NCBI GenBank assembly: GCA_951406725.2
Contig: OX597814.1
Location: 75,206,001 to 75,270,000, forward strand
Source of the DNA: Octopus vulgaris
Lineage: Eukaryota
Reading direction: 5' to 3'
DNA length: 64,000 nt
Position numbers and translations under genes: made by a program. Shown piece by piece: positions 41,502 to 55,184 of this stretch; within the stretch, counting starts at the first letter, position 1, and each line of letters starts with the position of its first letter. The notes below the pieces were generated by a model. The model searched no databases, was not told the origin of the DNA, and saw only the letters and a list, made by a program, of their open reading frames with translations.

Positions 41502-42610
41502 TTCATTTCAAAAAGTGGAGGGGGTGAAGTAAAAGTAGTTTTGTAATAGTGAAATCTAGATATTAGCAGACAAATTAGCTGGTAAGAATACACCAGAGGA
41601 AAACAATTTGCAGATGATGACAAGTGTTTGAATGAAGGATTGTATGCAATGTTTGCAGCAGGATTTAATTACAATACAAAGAAATGAGAAAGAGTGGTGA
41701 GTAGCAGAGATATGTATCCAGCAGATAGATTGAGGTCAGTGAGTTGTAATTAGTAAGTTCTGATGAAAAGATTGTTAGTGTAGCATTCAAAACTAAAGAG
41801 AGGAAACGAGAACAATATGCCATGGACTGTAGAATTTTCGGAATGTTGGAGCTTCTTAATTAACTGAATGATTTTCTTTTGAGTGATAGTTTAAAAATTG
41901 CACTAGACATATGAAATAGACTTCTATAGAGATAATTTTAAGAAAGGTTATAAGAGAAATTACTTAAAAGTATGAGTATTTATTAAATAGGTAACAGACT
42001 GAACTTTTGCAAGTCTCCTTAGGCTTTTAGCATTGTCTTTTACCTTGTAAGGGCAACAACTGTTTAAATCTCTTTTGTGCTATCATGGCAATGTTAAAGA
42101 TATGAAGCACCCAGATGTTGCAGGAGATAGTAATGTAATAAGTAAATAAGTATAATGAAGGTGGATTATCGACATTATTAGTTGTCTATGTTAAGCAGGT
42201 GTGTCATGAAATAGTTTTTCTTGAAAAACAAAAATTGTTTGCAATTGTGTGTAATTGAAGGGTACTGAATTTTTAAACACTATCAGTGGAAGAAGTAAAT
42301 ATTTTAGCTATGATTGTTAATATTACCACTGGTTACGATACTGAATGGAAGTAAACAATTGAAGAGTGCATTGCATGTAAATAAATTGGTGAAGATTCAT
42401 TAAGAGTATCATGTCTTTGTAATTTCCATTAAGATTTCATATTAACTGAACATGGTTAGAAAATACAATGGTAAGAATAACAAAAAAGAAAAGAAAGTTA
42501 TCAATGTATTATAGAAGCCACTGGTTGTTAGAACTGAATAACATTTAATAACTAGCTTTTAAAACTTAGCACTTTAAACAAACACTGAAAACTAATTTTA
42601 ATTAACTATT

Positions 42611-42666
42611 AATAAAAGATGGTTCAGATTTGAATCATCTGACTCAAACCTGAACCATCCTTTATT
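42611..42666 (-). repeat. 27-bp inverted repeat / hairpin
   Basis: aataaaagatggttcagatttgaatca-tc-tgactcaaacctgaaccatcctttatt, with three mismatches that are all G:U on the minus strand. Confidence 0.9.
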
Positions 42667-42878
42667 GCTTGATAAAATTAGTACCCCATCATACAGTCCA
42701 AAACATGGTTTCTGTTATCTCCTCATCAGAAGCATTGGGTGCATATTTAACAGGTCAAATATATTGAACCACTTCAATATATGAGTGAACATTTGCAAAA
42801 CAAAGCTAGTAAGGTATTAACAAACTATTCACAACTACAGTAAATATATTTTTGCTAAAATTAAAAAGAAATACTCAC

Positions 42879-42905
42879 AGTTTAGCACTGGAATTAAACG
42901 TTCCC
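42879..42905 (-). CDS. candidate 27-nt microexon of the GALNT stem region
   Basis: aatttttacag|GGGAACGTTTAATTCCAGTGCTAAACT|gtgagtat; phase 1-1, open frame ERLIPVLN. No homology support. Confidence 0.55.
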
Positions 42906-45900
42906 CTGTAAAAATTATGAATTAAGTAATCATCTAAAAAAAAACTGATTCTAATCTATGGAATTAGGACAGAACATTGTGTCCAAAAGAAATCTAAAAA
43001 TTGAATATATAACAAATAATACTGATTTCTTTTTGAAAGCATACAAGCTACAGTACAATTGATTAAACTGACCGCAATGTATAACAAGTAGATGACTGAA
43101 AATTAAAGAAAGGATTTGAGTTAAAGTAAAGAGGTGTAAATGTACTTGTTATTGTGACTTAGATCCAAGTCAGCCCTAACTGTGCAAATTCTATGGTTAA
43201 GGCAATTCAAACAATGACCATCCCATCTAATTTTCAGGAATTGAGTACCACAGACTAACTTGAGTCCATTTTTAAGATAGAAGAGTGTGGTTTGGGGAAA
43301 ATTTGGTGACTATTTTTAGTAAAATGAAGACTATGCAAGGCCTCCCTAAGCAATTTATTTAATACTTTTCTGCCTTTAATTTTCTGATGTAGGCTCAAGA
43401 CCAGAAAATTGGGTGGAGGTGAAACAGTGGAAAGAGATGAGCTGATTACATCCCCCACACCACTCACATTACTTGACTGGCACTTTATTTCATCATAACA
43501 CAAATTGTTGCTAACATTGGCTCAAGGCCAGAAATTTGGAAACAGGGATCCAGTTAATTATATCAACACCAGTACCTTCCTGCTAATTTATTTTATATAT
43601 CCATTATTTTCTCTTTTTTTTACAGTTAAATTCTCTTTCTAAAAATAATTAGAAATTGTATTCACCAGCGAATAATTGCAACCATTTGATTAATAACAAA
43701 ATCTAAATTTGAAGAGACCTTCAAATGACATCAGCATATAAAAATATAATTTTAATAATATTGGTATGATAATTATAAAACATGGAGCTGTATGTTTAGG
43801 CTTTATACTTTTAATGTATAATTTACATTATGAGTTGACTGACTCATCATCATGGTGGTTTGCTAGTCAAAGAATTAACAGTTCTTAAATGCAAATAGGT
43901 ACCAAGTTGAAGTATAGTACACCACTAAATATGTGGAAACTAAAATTGCTGTTAGATTCTTGTCCTGAGGAAGATACGTATTTCAATCACTTAAACTGTT
44001 TGGAAATTAGGATAAAATCAAACATATGACCCTCTTAATGGACTTGTTTATAAGCAGTTGGTGAAAGATTTTCATCAATTACACTCTAAATTAATTATTC
44101 TTGTAGTGTAATATTGTTTTTGTTTTCTTTAGCACCAGTTACTAAATAAAGAATTTATATCAAAAATATATAATGTATACAATAACCATCAAGAACAAAA
44201 AAAAAAAAAAACTATACTCCGAAATTAAAAATAAGGCACAGTCAAAAACTATAACAGAATAAGACTTATTTATACATAGTGAATAAAATCTAATTGAAAG
44301 GTGAAATGATTTCTGTTGATAAAGTGGATTCATTTTGAGTTAAATAGTTATTTGATCATCTAAACATGAAGAGAAGGATAGCATGTTTTATAACAAACTA
44401 GATCAAATTTTAACATTCCCCATTCAAACTGGTCAAGCTTGCAATTAAATCTACTTTTCTTATTTCTACTTTTTAAGATACTAATCCAACTGGAAATGAA
44501 TATACTTAAAGGTAACATATATGTAAACTCTTAATTATTATTTTCAATGCATATTGGATAGTAAATAGAGTATTTACTTTCTCTCTGCCTTTTGATGCCA
44601 ACTCACCTGACACCATGTTCTGGTTGTATGATACAAGCTTCAGGTTTTAAAGTGATCTAAAAACCTTTCAGCAAAATTTCATGTTAATTTATGTTTCAAA
44701 TACTAGCTTAATACTGGCAAAGTTATTTTACTAAATTCATTATTTCCAAATTAAAGTAAAGGCAGTGTATTTCAACAGAAATATAGTAACAAACTGATTA
44801 AGCATTTTAATTAGACAACTTTATAGGACTTTGTAATTTAAATTCTGATACATTTATGTTACTTATTTCATCAACTCAGTGGAATTAATTTGGTTATGCA
44901 AAGTACTGAAAGAGAGCATTGTGATATAGAAAATCTCCAAGTCATGGGCTCATGCATAATGTGCCACCAATAAAATTCATTTTTATATCTCTTTCTAAAA
45001 TATAGAGAGATTCATATCATGTTCAGAAAATGTACAACTATTTGGTTCTATACCATTTATATTAATACTGTTGTATTAATATTTTCTCAACCTATTTATG
45101 AACCATTTAGCTGAAAAATAACAATAGCTGTTGTCAGTCAGTTGAACCTAATCTAGCAGGGTTATGTTCTGTCCCATGACATAACACAATGACTAAAACA
45201 TTCAATACATGAGCATTTGGTCAATAATCCTATGCAACAATGACACAACTGTAAATTTTATATAATATGCATGTATAATTGAAGTCATTCAAGATATAGT
45301 AACACTCTTGTAAATGCATGAGTTTTCTATTATTGACAAAAATTACTTTTGAATAATCTCTCGCAACATATTCTTACAATATAATAAATTAAAGCTGCAT
45401 TAACAGTGTTTTGTTTCAATGCTATGCTGTACTAAAGTGTATATATATAGACTGTGTAGACAGATTGTAACATTTTGTCTTTTTATACAATATAACTGTG
45501 CAGAGAAGGGACGGATCAACTGGAGTAGTTTTTAATTTATATATTACTGATATGTTAATAGCATTTTATTTCACTGCTACATTGTATTAATCAAAGTAGC
45601 TATGAAGTAATGTCATATAAGTAAATCTAATGAGCTAATTCACCCAAGTCCTTAGTAATAGTGAAGGTTCCAAAGAGAGTACTTAGTCACTGAAGAAATC
45701 CCAACAGAAGATTAAAACTAGTCCAGTTCATCCCTCTTTTTCCATTGTATAAAAAGACAAGATATTCTGTCTATTAATAATGGCTAAAATGTACAGATAT
45801 ATTTTTCAGGACATATAGTATTAGAATATAGTGTAGGAACTTTCCATCCTATAAATATTTTCCAGAGAATGTTTTTGGAGTAAAGGTAAAAATTGTAGCT

Positions 45901-45989
45901 TCACAAGTCACAGACAATTGTGAAGATGGTGCTTAAATTTGGATTCAATAGCTATAAGACATGGAGGGATAATTTATTTCTCAATAATG

Positions 45990-47420
45990 ATGAAAGGCAA
46001 TGGGATTTGAATTCATAAGAAATACCACAAGGCATTTTGTTAAAAGAGCTAACGATTCTGCCAGTTTGCTGGTCTTTGTTTCAAATTAAAGAACAAAGCC
46101 AGGAATTTTAAAGGACAGGTTTAGACATTACCATTGATACCAGTAATGCATATAATGTTCCTTGGTAAATCTGGCAAATTTTCCGAAGAAATCAAGGTAA
46201 CTGAGATTTATAAAGTATCATAACACCAGAAATAATGAAATGCTTGTGGTGGGTGTAAGGTGACAGCCCCTAAAACATTTTACTTGTATAATAATTTATG
46301 GAAGGAAATCCAAAACTTAGTTCACCTTCTTGCTATCTACAAACATCAAATTCTTTAAAATCCAACAACAAAAGATTTATAAAAATATTTTTAAAAAATA
46401 GAATAAATAATAAATAGTAGCTGATGATGTACCACAAACCTATTTTTTGTAATATGCAACTGAAATGATGAGAAAATATTGAAAAGTGGTGAAAAGAACA
46501 TCAACAGCAGCAGGATTTGAACTCTGAATTCAGAGAAAGGAAGTTTAATACCATTAACATTTAACTCAATGCATGGGTAATTCTGTAGCAGTAGTAATGT
46601 TGCTAACAGGCATATGGCCTCAAATTTAAAGACAGGGGTTACTCAATTAAATTGACTTAATACTTAACTGACACTTTGACTTCGTGAAGGCACATGGCTT
46701 AGTGTTGGGATTACAATCATGAGGTAGTGAGTTCAATTCCTGGACGGGGCTGTGTGTTGTGTTCTTGAGCAAGATACTTTATTTCAGGTTGCTCCAGTTC
46801 ACTCAACCGTAGAAGCAAGTTGCGATGTCACTGGTGCCAAGCTGTATCAACCTTGCCTTTCCCTTGGATAACATTGGTGACATGGAGAGGGGAGGCTGGT
46901 ATGCATGGGCAACTGCTGGTCTTCCATAAATAGCCTTGCCTAGACTTGTATCTTGGAGGGGAACTTTCTAGGTGCATTCCCATTATCATTTATGACTGAA
47001 GGGGGTCTTTACCCTTTTTTACTTTGACTTTATAACTCAAAACATAAAGAGCCAGAACAAATAACACATGGCCTTGTGTCTAATGCTCTGATGATGCTGA
47101 CAATCCTCCACCTTACTAATGGTTTTGATAGTATTGACTAACCCATTCTACACTGCCTTGTACCAGCAATTTTAAGGGGAACAGGCCAGTCAATACCACT
47201 GACCCCGATACTTGACTGGTACTTTATTTTATCAACCCTCGAGGGATGAACAGCAAAGTTAACTTTAGAGATTATTTGCACTCAGAACACAAAGATCCAG
47301 AAGAATTTTTGTTTACTGCTCTAACAATTCTGCAAGCTTGTCGAACCATTAGAGTGTATAAGATCAGCAATTTTGAGGGGGAAGTGTTAGTCAATACCAC
47401 TTAACCTCAGTACTTAATGA
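45990..47420 (-). mobile_element. cluster of decayed minus-strand SINE copies (family of 34870)
   Basis: Repeated gaccccgatacttgactggtactttattttatcaaccc...gatgaa...tttgaactc motifs; the best copy is 47160-47345. Confidence 0.65.
46683..47020 (+). mobile_element. tRNA-derived CORE-like SINE with 10-bp TSD
   Basis: tggcttagtg A-box, gagttcaattcc B-box and tgtgttcttgagcaagatacttta core. TSD actttgactt at 46673-46682 and 47021-47030. Inserted in an older minus-strand SINE relic. Confidence 0.85.
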
Positions 47421-47604
47421 TAATAATGATAATTAGTTATCAAATGCACTTACCCTGAATTATGTGTTTATCAAGTATATAGAACTTAATGACAAAAACT
47501 TGAAAACAAAACAAAAAAAAAAAACGAAAAACAAAAGCCCAACCAAAAATCCTCATTGATAGAAAAGAGAACTGTATTCAAAAGTTTAAAGTAACGTTTC
47601 TTAC

Positions 47605-47631
47605 CTTCAATAAGTTTCTCAATTTTAAAAT
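47605..47631 (-). CDS. candidate 27-nt microexon of the GALNT stem region
   Basis: tctaatttctattctgtacttaag|ATTTTAAAATTGAGAAACTTATTGAAG|gtaagaa; phase 1-1, open frame FKIEKLIE, consensus AAG|gtaag donor. Confidence 0.5.
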
Positions 47632-48989
47632 CTTAAGTACAGAATAGAAATTAGATAAATCACCTGTTAACTTGTGTTACGTTGATAAGTTCTCAAAATT
47701 AAGAAAAAAGGAAAACAAAACTAAAAGAAAGTTTTTGCTTAACACTTATGTTTCTAAATGAGTATGTTGGAATATTACAAGAAAAGAGAAAAGTAATTAG
47801 GTATTTCTTTATGTCATACAACTAGTCTAATTATGAAACAGATTATATATTAAGATCATGAACAAATTTAAAACCAAGTTCAATATTGATAATAAAAAGA
47901 AAATTTAAACATTGTTTCAAAATTTACTAGATTTTCTTTATTTTTCAATTAAGACCAGTATGATATAAAACTAATACATCAAGTAATTAAAGACAGTGGG
48001 ATATGTATATTAAAAAACAACAAAAATATAATGATGATAATAATAATATTTGAATAACAAAAATACCACAAAAAAATCCAATACACTGATGTTCTTATTT
48101 AAAAGGAATACATTTTTCAAAAAATAACTAATCTGGTTTAAACTTGATTTAAAGGATTTTAAGATTTTTTTTTTGTTTTTCTCAGCTAATTGTTTGTTTA
48201 TTTATTTAGTCATTATGGAGACAATTCAGAACACCTGCTTTAATATTGTAATTAAATCTTTAATATGACGGAAGAATTTCTTCAGTGTTAAAATATAATT
48301 CCCCACATTTTTTTTATGTTTCTCGTTTAATTAATTTTTTTTTTTTTGGCTAAGATTTTCTTAAAATTTGCATCTATACCAAGAATTGTATTTAGTCCAT
48401 GCCCTGAAGCCTGTGCTTAATGTAACTACAATTCTCACCACAATCACATTTCTGACAATAATTAAAACTGAAACAGTTGGTTATTTAGTTCTGACAAACA
48501 ACTGTTAGAAGGAATAACAATTCCTACTGGAATCACATTATGCATGAGAAGTAAATGTTACCCATTTTCCTCAGATAAGGCATGGCCAAATTACTGGAAG
48601 TATGTTATATCTATTGTCTAAACAAACTGAACTATGAGAGCCATAATAATGCTACATTTTTTTCTATGATAGTGATAATATATTAAATGTTCATACATTA
48701 CATAAATAAGCATTAAAGATCTGAATTTTTGTTGTTGGTACAGATATATACACACACAATGTTTGCAATAGTCGACATACATGGCTGCTCACAACAGAGA
48801 ACATATTGATCATTGTCTGGTTAAATGCAGTAAAATTTTGCTTCTGTATTGTTGACATAAAATAATCAGAAAATAAAACTGCCATTGATAGCAATGAAAC
48901 TAATTTTTATCTAGACAGAAATTTGTATTAAAAATAGATACTATACATTTATTTATTTATGTGTGTGTCTGTATAAAAATGTGTGCACG

Positions 48990-49008
48990 TATGTGTGTGT
49001 GTGTGTGT

Positions 49009-49053
<45 letters not shown>
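48990..49053. repeat. (GT)n(TA)n compound microsatellite
   Basis: Seen directly; abuts the 5'-truncated RTE fragment. Confidence 0.95.
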
Positions 49054-49057
<4 letters not shown>

Positions 49058-49069
49058 TCTGTGTGTGTA

Positions 49070-50095
49070 TACAAGCCATGTACAAAGATGTAGCAAGTAA
49101 AATGAGAGTTAACAACAGTTTCAGTGATGAATGCAATGTGAAGGCAGGAGTCCATTGAGACTGTCCTCCCCAATTCATTACAGTCCTACAGGCCATAACA
49201 TGAGTTTGAAACTGGATGTCCATAAGAACTCTAGAATGCTGATGTTTTAGACTTCATAGCTGAATCTGTATTAGGTATTAGAAAGAAGCATGAAGCTAAA
49301 TCCAGAATCAAGAGGTCTTAAGGCAACCTAACAAAGATGAAATCTTTCATAAGAAAAAACCTGGTATCTTCAGGGAAATGGCATTGGTTGTTATGCATTA
49401 AAGAAGTAGGAATAAACTCCAAATGCTATACACAATGTAAGCTATAGAAATACAAGGGATGTAGTGGAACAGTACATACTATGAACACACAAGAAATAAA
49501 TTCTCTTAAATTCCTACATGACTCACTAGAAGTGATTAATATCTACCTAGAGGATCTAATTAGCAATGGAAATGTGAGCTCTGAAAGTATAGTAGCCAGA
49601 TTAAGAACAGGCTGGAGAAAGTACAAAGAGCTACAACCACTGTAGGCAAGAAAGGTCTTTTATTTCAGAGTGGAGGGTAGATTGTATGACATTTGTGTTA
49701 CAATTGTGATGCTGCATGGCAGTGAGACACAAGCCTTGATTGCAGAGGATTTGAGAAAACTGTAAAGAAATGAAGCTAGCATGTCCTGTTGGATGAGAAA
49801 TGTAAATGTACATGAACAACAGTGAAAATATACTGAGAGAAAAACTGGACATGAGAGGAAGCAGATGTAGTGTGCAAGAAAGTACTGGTATGGAGACTAC
49901 TATGGAAATGTGAGGACAGCTGTATAAAGAAGTGCTGATTACTTAATGTGGATGAAATTTATGGAAGAGGGAAACCCAGAAAGTCATGAGATGAAATGGC
50001 AAAAGCTGATCTCAGGAACTTGAACCCCATAGAGATGATGACAAAAAACTGGGATAACTGGTAAATATGGTTCTGAAGAAAACCCACTCACTTCA
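49070..50095 (+). mobile_element. RTE-clade LINE fragment (RT and C-terminus), degenerate
   Basis: QAMYKDVASKMRVNNSFSDECNVKAGVH, later YLEDLIS, VARLRTGWRKYKEL, MLHGSET and GRGKPRKS relics. Many stops and frameshifts. Confidence 0.85.
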
Positions 50096-51949
50096 ATGAA
50101 ACTGAGTTGGAAAGTACTGTGTGTGTGCATATATATATGCATAACTGGGCCTTTTCCCTTACTTTCTCCTCAAGACACTTCCGACTACCAATCATCTAAC
50201 TGCTGCTCTTCTTTGGTACCTCTTATTTCTTACCACATGGAGCCATTTCACTTGTTATCCATCCTTTATCCAGTCACTCTTCTTTCTACCCACCACATCA
50301 CATTGATCCTCCCCATCACTGAGCCACCAAATTACCTCTCCTTCACAACTCTCCTCATGTATTACACCTATCTCTCTCTCTCCCCCCAACTCTTGCAATG
50401 TATCCAACTAAATCTTCGCCCTCTTGTCCTTCTGTTGTCTATTATATCATTATTACTATTCTGCTACCTACTTCCCTTTTTTTCTGCACTGTCAATCATC
50501 TCCGACTCTGCACCTACTTCTACAAACCTTGTACTGTGCAAATCCACCAAAACTCCTCATCACGACTATTTTTATCTCTTTCTAGCTTCATTCACTCACT
50601 CCCCTCATCTCCTAGTATGAAGCTCCCCACCCCACCAGAGGAGGTGGGGACTGTAGTCTTGCAAATTACATAGCAACCGCACTAGTACTGGTAGTATGGA
50701 AAATGCACCCAGTACATATTGTAAAGTGATTGGTGCAAGGAAGGGTATTAGCTGCAGAAACCATGCCAAAGCACAATGATGTTGATATATATATATATTT
50801 CTCACAAAATTGTGTATGAAATAATGGCTGTAGTGGTTTAATTTTTTTCTTTGTTTTCACTTCCTGAAAATTAAAAAAAATTATTTCAATTTACTAAGAT
50901 TCTTAATTTTAAAAAAAAGCAAACTCACACTAGACAGAACAAAACTTTGTCTTCTTTATTGTTTTTTCAATTAAGAAAAATGTTGGCTGAATGTCTAAGT
51001 TCAAAACATGAAAACTGAAGACTTTATTATTATTTATTTATTGTCAGGTCACCCTTGAGCACTACTGGTAACATGTAACCTGGTACAACCTGTCGCATGG
51101 TTGGGTTGTCAGCGACTAAACTGGCAAAACCATCAAGTGAGGAGGGTGATTGTTGGACACCCTGTGGGATGAAAAATAAGCCCCATCAAAGGGCGGAAGA
51201 ACTACTGTGTAGTCAATGGTCAATTCAACAAGTACCTTGTTGCGGTGAAGTACCTGTGCTCTCCATTGACCCAGAGAGCTATGTTGGAGGGAGAGAAATC
51301 TTCAGGCAGGTCTTACCAGGCCAGACAGGTCGAAGGGTAGGAGACAGACAAAACCTTAATGACAGTAAACCGAAGCGTTGGCAGCAGGGTGTGGATTTAG
51401 TTATTGGCAGGACCTAACAGATCAGATTCCTGGCTTTGAACTAGCAGGATGTCATGCAGAGGATCTTGAATACAAGACAATGGATGAGACCCTAATATTT
51501 CCTAGTTAGATCGAAGCTGCGGGACCACATGGAGCAGCGCCCTGTGACTCCTATAGTATGTGCAACCAAAATCACTAATAGGGGTGTCCTGTGGGACGAC
51601 CTAGATGAGATGAGATTTTTATTAAAAATAATAGTTCTTGAAAAATTTAGAGGGTTTTTAAAAAGAAATTCATGGTTAAACAAATGTGTGCCCATATGAG
51701 TTTTAACAATGCAGTAACAACAACAATGATGTGAAGGAACAACATTAAGAGATTAAACACAATTCAGCAAATTACTTATTTTCTATGCAAGCACATAGCT
51801 CCTGTTCAAAAATTTAATAGCTCATGTTTCAAATAGAGATTCACCACTGAAACTGAGGAAGCCTACTTCACTGTGGTCTGTGTGAAAGATATATGGCTTT
51901 ACATCTTCATTTATATTGTCAGGTAGTAGGGTATTTTTGATGTCCTCAA

Positions 51950-53000
51950 ACACAGAGAGCTTCAATTTGTTCCTTGAAAAGGATGCTGTCTGTATGACCA
52001 TCCAGTGCAAATATGATGCAGCATTCTTTGAAAGACATTGCCACGATAATTTCAGAGAGGCTCTGCTAGACATCTATAGTAATGCGCTTCAATGCATGTT
52101 ACTATGGAAAAGATCTGATTGAGGAGTGTGACCTTTCGGAGCGATGGACTTGTGCCTTTCTGTCAGCATATGCTGAGTGATTGTCTTGCTTATACTGATG
52201 TCCAATGATTGTAGAATACTAGCAATCACATCAAGAATTATGGCAAAATCATTCATTAAGAATTTCAGTTGCCATTTCACATTAAGGTGTTAATGGCAAC
52301 TAAATGCACTACACCAGTAGGGACAGTTGTTTCAGCATATCTACATGTCATTTTGATCCATTCACTTAATTTTGTTTCAAACCTATACTTGTGGACACAA
52401 GCCTCTATTGCTTTTGGAAATATTGCTTTAGGCTGGCAGCATTTTTCTATCACTAATAATGGCTACTATCATTGTAAAATGCTTCTTTTTATTGCCAGTA
52501 ATATTGATGAGTCTTCTGGCCTTGAAATCAACTGTTTTTGTGTAGAGGATGCTAAAGATCAGTAGGTTATAATCTGCATTTACATTGTGTGATAGATTAG
52601 CTTCCTAATGTGCAAGTGATAAAATATTGACACTCCTCTAACTTCTCTTTTAAATCTGAATCAATTTTTGTAACATGTGAGTCTAGCAACACACCGACTG
52701 TTCATGTCATTCCATAAAGCACTGACTCTGCCAAATACTAATCTTGATGTCAGGCATTCTCTCTGAGACCTACAGTGGTTGAGTTGATTCTAATGCCAAC
52801 ACCACTAACTAAACTGTTCTTCCAAGTTCAGAAAGGCTACAGATTTCTCCAGTCTATCATCTTTGAGCTTCCTAAGCAGGATTTTTGTTTACATGCAATA
52901 GTAAAAAATGACAATGATGTTTACACATTTTACTTCTATAATAATGTAGCAATCCTTCTTTCAACAGGTTACATTTAATACATCACTTTTTGGCATGTGT
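51950..53000 (-). mobile_element. old pogo/Tigger-type transposase relic (CENP-B HTH plus DDE_1)
   Basis: Minus-strand relics CFME*HEQSVCC*THMLQKL (compare RFM.RH.LS.R.RT..QKLP), KTVDFKARRLINITGNKKKHFTMIVAIISDRKMLP (compare TV..KG.K.V.I.TTG.EK..FTV.L....DG.KLPP) and IASILQSLDISISK (compare TS.LQPLDV.INK). Ends not defined. Confidence 0.72.
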
Positions 53001-53840
53001 TCTATTTAGGCTAGAAAGAAACAAAGAGTTTGTCAACCATTTTATACAACTGCTCTATAGAGGAAACAACAGAGGTAGCTTGCATTAACCAGCACTGAAT
53101 ATATCCATGACCCTGATCATAATTTCTATAATGCTGACTTCAAAGCAGGTGCACTTTAATGGCCTAAAGTGGTGAAAATCAAAAGTCACTTTAAAATTTG
53201 CTTTCTTTTGCTTAGGGTGCATGAATTTTCTTGATATAACAAGATAAGTTGGTATGGACTCAAAATTTCATTCAGTACTTTATACAACAAGTACAATAAA
53301 TCTGCCTAAACGCTCCTTTACTCAAACACTGTAATGTTAATTCTCATCTTTGAAAGATGTCATTGCCTATAATTATTTAGTAATAAATAAATTCAGTATT
53401 TGTTAATATGAATGGGTCCATGCAAACCCCAAGTTATGTAAATGTTCTATTTTGATGCATACATTTACTGAGCTTTGTAAACAGTCTTCAATTTTCTTTC
53501 ATGGCTAAGCTTTTTAGAAGCATAACAAACACATACCACGATAAGTACACTAATATAGAATATTATATGGCCAAAAATTTTGTAAGAAACAATCAATATT
53601 AGAGTAGAAAAGTTAAAATTAGCAGATTAAATCAATGCCTTATAGTATTTAAGCATGTTGCACCATGTTCTGAATTCAACTCCCACTGAGCCTAATTTTA
53701 CCTTCTATCCTTATGGAGTTGATAAAATCACCAACATTCAAATTTTGCAGTTGAATGAATTGATTTGCAAATCTTTTGCTTTGTGCTGTGATGTGAAGTC
53801 ATCAAAGAAATCATCATTATTATTATTACTATTATTATTA

Positions 53841-54030
53841 AGGCAGCGAGCTGGCAGAATCATTAGCATGCTGGGCAAAATGCTTAGCAGTATTTTGTCT
53901 GCTGCTACATTCTGAGTTCAAATTCAAACAGATTGACTTTGCCTTTCACTCTTTTGGGGTTGATTAAATAAGTACCAGTTATGCATTTAATTCCCTCCTC
54001 CAAGTAGCCCTTGTAGCAAAAATTTGAAAT
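53841..54030 (+). mobile_element. tRNA-derived SINE (same family as 34870), between (TTA)n tracts
   Basis: aggcagcgagctggcagaatcattagc...gagttcaaattc...gcctttcactcttttggggttgattaaataagtaccagtt. More decayed copies lie at about 53620-53730 and 54043-54200. Confidence 0.85.
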
Positions 54031-54293
54031 TATTATTATTCATGCAGTGAACTGGCAGAAATAGTATTTTGTTATATTCATTTATATACTAAATTTTAAT
54101 CCAGCTGAGGTCAGCTTTGCCATTTAATCTTCCAGAGCCAATAATCTATGTACCAATTAAGTCTAGGACTCATTTAATTCATTATATCCTTTCTTAGCCT
54201 TATGCCACTGCTACTAAATGCTGGACTTTTGTACTTTCTTTCTCTTAATCTACATTTCTAATAATATTTGCCATTTAAGCTTTTCTATAAATG

Positions 54294-55184
54294 CGAGGAG
54301 GTACCCAAAAGAAACCGGAATTTTGCGATATTATTTTATTCACTTAGTTTTACATGTTTACACTTTTACCACCTTCAAAGTATTCTCCATTTGAAGCACT
54401 GCATCAGTCCAGATGCATTTTCCACTATTCAAAGCGGTCCTGGAACACTTGCGAAGTGATGCCTTTTAACGGTTTTGTCATTTTTTCTTCACCTCTTCCA
54501 CATCTGCAAATAGTACCAGCTTTCAACAGTGATGACTTTTGAAAAAGCGTTTGGATCAACTTGTAACTGTTCTTTCAGTTCACAACACGCATTCACTTGT
54601 AACTGCTTTTGATCTTCTGTGAGCAAGCAAGGCACAAATTTTACTGCAACACTTTCCATTTGCAATCCCTTGCTTAAAATTTGATAGGAGGAACTCCAGG
54701 ACACAGTTATATCAACAAGTTTGTCAATTATTCAGCGACAGTCCTCCACAATCAGTTCATGAATTTTCATGATGTTTCCATTTGTTCAGGAGGTTGACGG
54801 TCATCTTGAATGAGGTTGGTCTTCAAGCGACAAATGATCATTTGTAAAGCATGAAAACCACTTGTAAACATGTGTCTTTTACTCATGGCAGCATCCTTAT
54901 AAGTTGTTTGAAGCATGACAACTGTTTCAGCTACCGCTTTCCCCAGCAGAAAACAGGATTTCCTGAAAGCATGCTGTTCCTTCGTTTAAGCCATCACAAA
55001 AATTGACAAACGGGAGAAGCACAGCTAAACAAAATGCACCTCATGGCTGTAGGACTATACCTGATGATGCTGATTGGCAGACTGATGCTTGAGAGACATC
55101 AAGTGGCTTCTAGTAGCAGAAACTTGAACTACAATGGGCTTGTGCCACAGGGAACATTCCCAGTTACTTTTGGGTACCTTCATG
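54294..55184 (-). mobile_element. internally deleted mariner transposon
   Basis: TIRs cgaggaggtacccaaaagaaaccggaa and ttcccagttacttttgggtaccttcatg(ta). Relic KEQHAFRKSCFLLGKAVAETVVML (HTH) and VKFVPCLLTEDQK...KVITVESW (WVPHEL linker and first-D region), followed by a large deletion. Confidence 0.88.

Noticed and set aside
50806-50863. 58-nt exon-like segment EVKTKKKIKPLQPLFHTQF
   Set aside because: Open only from phase 0 and has a stop in phase 1, so it is incompatible with its neighbours.
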